Shown piece after piece: positions 1-6,155 of a stretch of 12,994 bases of DNA. The stretch is from Myxococcota bacterium (GTDB lineage Bacteria; Myxococcota_A; UBA796; GCA-2862545), in the NCBI GenBank assembly GCA_039208735.1, contig JBCCQY010000211.1, positions 1-12,994 of the forward strand. Reading direction: 5' to 3'. Below the pieces are notes generated by a model that searched no databases, was not told the DNA's origin, and was given only the letters and a program-made list of their open reading frames with translations. The stretch's first letter is position 1; each line of letters starts with the position of its first letter. The translations under genes were made by a program, and so were the position numbers.

Positions 1-106
1 GGGCCGTAATTCAAAACTTCGGCCCGCCACCAGGGAGGGGTGGGCTGCGGTTTCCGCCCGACTCGGTTAGCCTACCCCAGTCGAGGAACAAAACCTCGGA
101 GGGCGT

Positions 107-2368
107 GTGATCCTTTGGTGCATCGGGGCCTGGGCGGTCGAGCCGCCTCCCGAGACCGATCCTCCGGTCGAGGCCAATCCAACTCCTGCTCCTGCTCCTC
201 GCCCGGTGGTCACCACCTCGGTCGTGGGTACCATTCGATCGGCCGGCACCCGTGAGGTGCTGTCTGGCGTGATCGTGGGGCTACGCAGTGGGGCAGGCCG
301 TGACCCGCGACAGACCACGACCGATGAAGCGGGACAGTTCCGGTTTGAGGACGTTCCCGTCGGACCGTGGACATTGACCCCCGTGAGCGCGGGCTATCGA
401 GCCGACGACGTACCGCTCACCTTGTTGGGAGGACGACAGCCCAATGTGACCATGTTTTGGGTCGATAACGAACCCTGGCGAAGCGACGCCGACGCTGAGA
501 TTGTGGTGGTGGGGCAGCGGGTCACGCCCGAGATCACCGAGCGTGTCATCCCCACCGAGATCGCCCGGACCTTGCCCGGCACGAACGGCGACGTGGTCCG
601 CGTCATCCAGAACCTGCCAGGCGTGGCACGGCCGCCGTTGAACATCGGCCAGCTGCTGGTGCGAGGCACCGCCCCTGAAGACAGTGCGTACTACCTCGAT
701 GGTGCGCCCATCCCGCTGGTCTTTCACTTCTCGGGCTTTTCCACCGTGCTGAATGGTGATGCGCTGGAAGAGATCGCCTACCTTCCCGGCAACTATGGGG
801 TTCGCTACGGACGCACGCTCGGAGGCGTTATTGACCTGCGCATCGATGACCAACTTCCACAACGCTCGGGTGGCTACGTCAGCGTCGACCTGTTTCAGAC
901 CACGGGCTTCGTTGAGCAACGGATTGGTCGTCGGCATGCGCTGACCGTGTCGGGACGACGCTCCTACATCGATGCGGTTCTCAATCCGGTGCTCAACAGT
1001 GGCGAAGGCCCGTCGGTACAGGCTCCCCGATACGCCGATTTTCAGCTTCGCTGGCTTACCCGACGCAAGTCCGGAGGAACGGTTGATGCCCTGCTGTTGT
1101 TCTCCGACGACCGCTTCCGGGTGGTCGGCGACGGGGAAGACAACGACGATGTCCAGATCGGCTTTTCCACCACCTTTGGCAAGGCTCGCCTACTGCTGCG
1201 GGACGAGCTGGGACGCGGGTGGCGCAACGAGCTGTCGGTCATCGCGGGTCGCGAACGTCAGGCCTTTGCCGTGCCCGATGGCGTCGCCTTCGAAGACCCC
1301 ATCTCGGTCGCGATCCGCGACGAGGTGTTCATCGCCGCGGCACCTGTAGGATTGCGGGCCGGCATCGACAGTCAGATCGGCCAGTTCCGCTTTGCCTACG
1401 AAATCCCGACCTTTGGAGAGCCTGAAGGCGCCGACATCTCGCGGATTGCTCCGGCCGCGTACATCGAGCCCACGTTCCAGGCCGGCCCGGTTCGGCTTGT
1501 GCCAGGGTTGCGCGTCGATGGCTTGATGCTCGGCAATGTCTATCGAGACTGGACATTCGACCCTCGATTCTCAAGCGAAGTCCGGTTTGCGAACACCACG
1601 CTGAAAGGCAGCACCGGCCTGTACAGCCAGTGGCCCACGGTCCGGCAAGCCATCGAACGCCCGGAACTCACCGCGGCGCGAGGCTGGCAGAGCGCCGTGG
1701 GCCTCGAGCAGCAGCTCTCACAGGCCCTTTCGGTCGAGGTGACCGGCTACACCCAACTCCTTTCGCGGTTGGTCTCCGGGCGAGAGGATGCCTTCCGGTT
1801 CTTCACCGGCCCGCCGTCGAGCGGCCCTTTCGATACCGACCCCTACGCCAATGACGGCACCGGCCAGATCTTTGGTCTCGAGACCCTTTTACGCTTTACC
1901 AATGAACGCACCACAGCTTGGTTCTCGGGAACGTTCGGGCGCTCCACCCGGGTCAACCGTCCTGGCGGGACTCGGGAGCTGTTCGAGTACGACCAGCCCA
2001 TCATTCTCACCGCCCTCGCCTCGCACCAGCTGTCGCGAGGGTGGCGGCTGGGCGCACGGGCTCGCTACTCGTCGGGCAATCCCTTCACGCCGGTCGTCAA
2101 TCGGTTCTTTGACTTGGCTTCACGGCAGTTCGTGCCGGTCTACGGTCCGGTAGATAGCGCGCGACTCCCGGCGTTTTGGCAGCTGGATGTTCGGGTCGAC
2201 AAGGAGTGGACGTTCGACCGCTGGGCGCTTTCGTTCTATCTCGACCTGCAGAACGCCACGAATGCCCAGAACGTCGAGGTCATCGGCTACACCTTCGACT
2301 TCACAGAAGAGAACAACGTGACCCAGATCCCCATCGTGCCGGCGTTCGGCCTGCGAGGTTCGTGGTGA
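107..2368 (+). CDS. TonB-dependent outer-membrane receptor with N-terminal Pro-rich linker and carboxypeptidase-regulatory-like domain (myxobacterial type)
   Basis: 753 aa, GTG start after GGAGGG (98-103). Short signal ending AWA. CarboxypepD_reg-like segment (TTTDEAGQFRFEDVPVGPWTL). Plug motifs LPGV..LLVRG..PEDSAYYLDG and YGRTLGGVI. Beta-barrel with RLPAFWQLDVRVDK, LDLQNATN and a terminal aromatic residue (GLRGSW). Confidence 0.92.
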   Translation: MILWCIGAWAVEPPPETDPPVEANPTPAPAPRPVVTTSVVGTIRSAGTREVLSGVIVGLRSGAGRDPRQTTTDEAGQFRFEDVPVGPWTLTPVSAGYRADDVPLTLLGGRQPNVTMFWVDNEPWRSDADAEIVVVGQRVTPEITERVIPTEIARTLPGTNGDVVRVIQNLPGVARPPLNIGQLLVRGTAPEDSAYYLDGAPIPLVFHFSGFSTVLNGDALEEIAYLPGNYGVRYGRTLGGVIDLRIDDQLPQRSGGYVSVDLFQTTGFVEQRIGRRHALTVSGRRSYIDAVLNPVLNSGEGPSVQAPRYADFQLRWLTRRKSGGTVDALLLFSDDRFRVVGDGEDNDDVQIGFSTTFGKARLLLRDELGRGWRNELSVIAGRERQAFAVPDGVAFEDPISVAIRDEVFIAAAPVGLRAGIDSQIGQFRFAYEIPTFGEPEGADISRIAPAAYIEPTFQAGPVRLVPGLRVDGLMLGNVYRDWTFDPRFSSEVRFANTTLKGSTGLYSQWPTVRQAIERPELTAARGWQSAVGLEQQLSQALSVEVTGYTQLLSRLVSGREDAFRFFTGPPSSGPFDTDPYANDGTGQIFGLETLLRFTNERTTAWFSGTFGRSTRVNRPGGTRELFEYDQPIILTALASHQLSRGWRLGARARYSSGNPFTPVVNRFFDLASRQFVPVYGPVDSARLPAFWQLDVRVDKEWTFDRWALSFYLDLQNATNAQNVEVIGYTFDFTEENNVTQIPIVPAFGLRGSW

Positions 2369-3096
2369 GACGATGGCTGTGGATGCTTGCATCGGTGGGC
2401 TGCATGGGCGGACCTAACCTCGAAACCCGGATTGGGGAGCTTCGTGTCGTCGCCGCCAAGGCCGAGCCAGCCGCGGTCAAGCCAGGCGAAGCCTACGACC
2501 TTCGCCTGTGGGTGGCAGATCCGTTGGCCCTCGGCGCCGAGGTCCTCACGTGGAGCTGTCCAGACCAAGCAGGCGACTGCCTGCCTCAAACCTCATCGGT
2601 GCCGACCCCAAGCGAGGGCATCACTCCTTCGTTTGTGCAGCGTCGCATCGCGGCGCCGGCCCCTGTGTGGGTCTTGGCATGCCCCGACGGAACGTGTGGT
2701 GACCTCGACAACCCGACGGCCGACCAACTCCGCGACCCATTTGGCTGGCTACAGGACCTTCCCCTGGCTGGGGTGAGCGCAGGGTCTCGACTCCCTCCTG
2801 TGGCCCTCGACCCCACCGCCGAGCCTCCCGTCAACCCCACGATTCAGGACGCGCCTAAGGCGATGCTCGATCGGGAGGCGATCGAGGTCGAGCTTTCGTT
2901 TAGCGTCGAGGGGGCCACGGACGCGTTTGGGTACGCAACCTCGGGCGGGTTCGAGTCCCCGAGCAACCCCGTCGACGACAAAGGCACGGTGACCCTTACC
3001 TGGGTTCCCGACCCCGAAGATGAAGACGGCGAGGCCTACGTCGTGTTCACCAACGGGTCCGGGGGCACGGAGGTCTGGCAGGCCCCGATTCCCTGA
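2365..3096 (+). CDS. Putative lipoprotein, partner of the TonB-dependent receptor
   Basis: Likely start is the GTG overlapping the receptor stop (GTGA, 2365-2368), not 2176. MRRWLWMLASVG-C is a lipobox-like signal. It is followed by 'IGELRVVAAKAEP', resembling lipoproteins found downstream of myxobacterial TBDRs. Two Cys pairs (CPDQAGDC, CPDGTC). About 243 aa. Confidence 0.75.
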   Translation: MRRWLWMLASVGCMGGPNLETRIGELRVVAAKAEPAAVKPGEAYDLRLWVADPLALGAEVLTWSCPDQAGDCLPQTSSVPTPSEGITPSFVQRRIAAPAPVWVLACPDGTCGDLDNPTADQLRDPFGWLQDLPLAGVSAGSRLPPVALDPTAEPPVNPTIQDAPKAMLDREAIEVELSFSVEGATDAFGYATSGGFESPSNPVDDKGTVTLTWVPDPEDEDGEAYVVFTNGSGGTEVWQAPIP

Positions 3097-3173
3097 CGCC
3101 CTCTTCCCCTGGCGAAAAGTGCCGACTCCGCTCGCCTTGCGGCCATTCCGTCAACCCATTGGGGAAGCCGCGG

Positions 3174-3944
3174 CTATCGCGGGGCGAGGCGACCCGTCCA
3201 CTCCGCACTCGCGAACCCTTCAGGGGCCGCCGTCGAAAAGACCTCTGGCGCGGTCTCGAGGGGCTCCCACGACTTGAACCGTACGTCGAGGGTCAGCTCC
3301 ATGCTCGGAACGGACAACGACCATTCCTTGGGCAAGCGCCCTGCGTCCGTGGATCTAAACTCACCGTAGCGAAGGGTGAGTCGCTCTTGGCCGTTTGCAT
3401 CGTCGATGCGCACCTCGCTGGGGTGCAAGGGCTCCCCCGCCAACCGCACCATCATCGTTCCCTGGCCGGGCTGGGATCGAACGTACGAGTGCGATCCATC
3501 GTCCGCAGCTCGCAACGTGGACGGGTCGTCGGGCAAGGGCACCTGACCGACAAACAGCCCCACCACGCCGTCGAGCCCTAGTTCCTCTCCCATCCAGCCC
3601 CGAACCGTGGCGTCCAGCGAGTCGACCCAGAAGTGCTGGGACTGGCGACGCAGGACCACCGAGGCCCCGGCCCCATCGGTCTGCGCGGTGGCCATGGCGC
3701 CGCCCAGCGGTCCGAGTACGGCGAAGTGCATCCGCCCTGGTCGGTCCACGATAAGCGCTCCTCCCGTCCCTCCCTCAAGGCCGAGTCGTGGCGCATCAAT
3801 CTTGAAGGAGAACCGGGCCCGCAGAGGGTCGAGTACCGGCGCCCGAAGCGCCGCAAACGGGTCGTCCGACGCGACTGGAGGCGGAAGCGGTTTGCGGCAC
3901 CCAAGCGTGCCCACCGTGACGATCCCGAAAAGCATCACCCGCAT
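3174..3944 (-). CDS. Putative lipoprotein of LolA/LolB-fold (DUF4292-like)
   Basis: Start at ATG 3944 with GGAG just upstream; the longer ORF to 4283 overlaps the MFS gene. Signal MRVMLFGIVTVGTLG-C. 'LIVDRPGRMHFAVLGPLGG' and 'LRYGEFR...RLPKEWSL' resemble Lol-fold beta-sheet proteins. 256 aa. Confidence 0.65.
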   Translation of the reverse strand: MRVMLFGIVTVGTLGCRKPLPPPVASDDPFAALRAPVLDPLRARFSFKIDAPRLGLEGGTGGALIVDRPGRMHFAVLGPLGGAMATAQTDGAGASVVLRRQSQHFWVDSLDATVRGWMGEELGLDGVVGLFVGQVPLPDDPSTLRAADDGSHSYVRSQPGQGTMMVRLAGEPLHPSEVRIDDANGQERLTLRYGEFRSTDAGRLPKEWSLSVPSMELTLDVRFKSWEPLETAPEVFSTAAPEGFASAEWTGRLAPR

Positions 3945-3984
3945 CGTCGCTCCGAAGGTAGCGGAGGACAGGAGACAGCCATCC

Positions 3985-5115
3985 ATGCAGCGGCCCGCCA
4001 TCCTCGTGCTCTGGTACGCAGCCCAGACCGGCTCCGCCACGTTTTCGCCGTGGCTTGGCAGCCTGTTGTCGGATGCGGGGTGGACGACCACCGCGGTCGC
4101 CGCCATCCTCATCAGCGTGCCGTTGGGCCGCCTTCTTGGGGGACCGCTATGGTCCTGGGTAGCGGACCGGACGAGTCCAGATCGGATCCTCCGCACTGCG
4201 GCCACCGCGAGCCTCCTCGCAGCATTGGGCTTGGCCCTCACAACCGTGGTGGGAACGGCCGGCGCACTCGTGGCCTTCGCCATCTTGGCCTACGGCATCG
4301 CCCGATCGCCCATGTTCGCCATCATGGACGCAGCGACGGTCGAGTGGTTGGGGGACCGCTACGGACGGATTCGTGCCGCAGGCTCGGTGACGTTCCTCGT
4401 CCTGATCTGGCTCGGGGGATGGCTTCGACCGAGCCTTCCGCTCGCCCCATTGTGGATCGCCATTGCCATGATGGCCCTCGCCACCGCCATCACCTACTCC
4501 CTTCCCCCCCTACCGGCGCGAGCCCCGCACCCCCCAACGTGGCAGGATGTTCGCGAACTCCTACGTCACCGACCCCTCGTCATGCTGGTGCTCATCAGCA
4601 CGCTGCAGGGGTTCGGGCTGTCGTCCTTCGATCAGCTTTACACGGTCCACATCGACACCCTCGGGCTCCCGTCGTGGGTCACGGGGACCTCGTACGCGGT
4701 CGGCGTGTGCGCCGAGGTGGGCATCCTTACCGCAGGTTCCTGGCTGCTGCGCACCTTAGGGCGGCGAGGCGTGCTGCTGATCGGGGTCGCGGTCGGCGTG
4801 CCCCGCTTCCTCATGACCGCCTTCGCAACGTCCGCGTGGAGCCTTGTGGCGATCCAAACGCTCCATGGCGTTCACTTCGGTGCCTTCTGGCTCGCCGCCA
4901 CCTCGGCCTTTGCCGCCGAAGCTCCACCCGCCCTGCGCAACAGCACCCAGGCGTTGCTTCCCTCAGCGGCCTACGGCGCAGGCCCCGTCCTCGGCATGGT
5001 GGCCGCATGGACGGGGCTTCAGCTTGGGGGCACGCTGCCGTTGCACTACACGATCGTCGCCGGGGTGAGCGCCGTGGCGACCGTGCTGGTCTGGCGGCTG
5101 CGGCTCAGTGAATAA
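3985..5115 (+). CDS. MFS transporter, HcaT/YwbF (MFS_1_like) type
   Basis: ATG 3985 after GGAGGACAGGAG. 376 aa with about 12 hydrophobic helices. Motifs 'PLWSWVADR', 'YGRIRAAGSVTF', 'AEV' and 'QTLHGVHFG' are typical of the HcaT-like MFS clade. Substrate unknown. Confidence 0.88.
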   Translation: MQRPAILVLWYAAQTGSATFSPWLGSLLSDAGWTTTAVAAILISVPLGRLLGGPLWSWVADRTSPDRILRTAATASLLAALGLALTTVVGTAGALVAFAILAYGIARSPMFAIMDAATVEWLGDRYGRIRAAGSVTFLVLIWLGGWLRPSLPLAPLWIAIAMMALATAITYSLPPLPARAPHPPTWQDVRELLRHRPLVMLVLISTLQGFGLSSFDQLYTVHIDTLGLPSWVTGTSYAVGVCAEVGILTAGSWLLRTLGRRGVLLIGVAVGVPRFLMTAFATSAWSLVAIQTLHGVHFGAFWLAATSAFAAEAPPALRNSTQALLPSAAYGAGPVLGMVAAWTGLQLGGTLPLHYTIVAGVSAVATVLVWRLRLSE

Positions 5116-5117
5116 GC

Positions 5118-5137
5118 TTTCGTCGCGAGCGACGAAG
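5118..5137. terminator. Hairpin between convergent MFS and cpaB stops (candidate bidirectional terminator)
   Basis: TTCGTCG-CGAG-CGACGAA (5119-5136) fills most of the 26-bp gap between the convergent stop codons. No strong U-tract. Confidence 0.45.
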
Positions 5138-5141
5138 ACGG

Positions 5142-6035
5142 CTATTCGCAGGGGTTTCCGTTCTTATCGAAAAGCTTGATGACCTTTTCGGAACCCTGGA
5201 CCACCGCCACCTCAACGCACTGCTTCGTCGGCTTCTTCTTGACCCGACGACGCACGACCTTGCGCGTGGTCTTGAGGCGACCGCGAAGGTCATCGATGTT
5301 CACGCCGCCGAGCGTCGCAACCTTGACGTCGAGGTCGTTGCGAAGCGACAGCACGATCTCACCCATGTTCTCGGCGTGGGCGATTTTCTCGGCTTCGTCA
5401 GCCGTCACGAGCAGGGTGACTGAGGGACGCTGGCGCCCACGGCGCTTCTTCGCTTCCTCAGCCGTTTCCTGCCGCATCCGGCTGTTGACGCCAAGCACGA
5501 AGATGGCCTGAAGCAACGTTTCGGTTCGGGGTTTCGCGCTCTGATTCTCGGGCGTGATCGTGACGAGCACGTCGACGTAGTTGCCGGGATTTAGGAAGCC
5601 CGACAGCGCGGCCCCATCGCGGACGGACACGGAAAGCGCCCGCATGCCGCGAGGAATGATGGCGTTGAGACCCACGCCGGATTCAGGATCGGCCAGGCGG
5701 TCAGCCCGGACGAATTCGTTCGCGAGAATGCGCTCCCGCGGAATGCGCCCCACCACGTGCTCGGGCGACAGGAAGACCCCCTCGGGGAGGTACTTGGGCG
5801 GAATCTGGACCGCGTAGAGGTCCTCTTCGGTGATCGTGACGCCCTGGTACAGATCTCGGGCGGCGACGATGACCATCACCATGTCTTCGGGGCGCTTGGC
5901 CTCATCGATCTTCAACTGGTAGTTCGTGATCAGCCGATACAACGCCACGAACGAGCCGGCCCCAAGGGCGACCGCCAATCCCAAGAAGATGAGGGCCCGG
6001 ACCGCGCCGGAGCCGGGATTCGTCTCACGTGCCAT
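5142..6035 (-). CDS. cpaB: Flp pilus assembly protein CpaB (RcpC)
   Basis: ATG 6035 after GAGGTG. N-terminal TM anchor, then a SAF domain (VIVAARDLYQGVTITEEDL...VVGRI). RcpC domain motifs GMRALSV, GFLNPGNYVDVLVT, VTLLVT..AEKIAHA..GEIVLSLRN. 297 aa. Confidence 0.92.
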   Translation of the reverse strand: MARETNPGSGAVRALIFLGLAVALGAGSFVALYRLITNYQLKIDEAKRPEDMVMVIVAARDLYQGVTITEEDLYAVQIPPKYLPEGVFLSPEHVVGRIPRERILANEFVRADRLADPESGVGLNAIIPRGMRALSVSVRDGAALSGFLNPGNYVDVLVTITPENQSAKPRTETLLQAIFVLGVNSRMRQETAEEAKKRRGRQRPSVTLLVTADEAEKIAHAENMGEIVLSLRNDLDVKVATLGGVNIDDLRGRLKTTRKVVRRRVKKKPTKQCVEVAVVQGSEKVIKLFDKNGNPCE

Positions 6036-6155
6036 GTCGCTCACCTCGCTTGCCGGAGCCTTATAGCCGACCCACACAGGTCGGCCGACTTCCTGATCTG
6101 CCTCATCGGTCGTGGCGCGAAGGGTTAAGCCCCCGCGGCGCAGACCAGCGAGATT

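Noticed and set aside
2176..2364. N-terminal 63 codons of the 306-aa ORF
   Set aside because: Overlaps the TBDR C-terminus. The lipoprotein signal begins at the GTGA overlap.
3097..3173. CTTCCCC/GGGGAAG complementarity (3103-3109/3161-3167) in the convergent gap
   Set aside because: The arms are about 50 nt apart with no compact hairpin or U-tract. Not supportable as a terminator.
3633..5111. 492-aa alternative-frame ORF, plus N-terminal extensions of the MFS (from 3607) and Lol-like gene (to 4283)
   Set aside because: Arg/Pro-rich frame-shift shadow. The extensions overlap well-supported opposite-strand genes, and better starts with SD motifs exist at 3985 and 3944.
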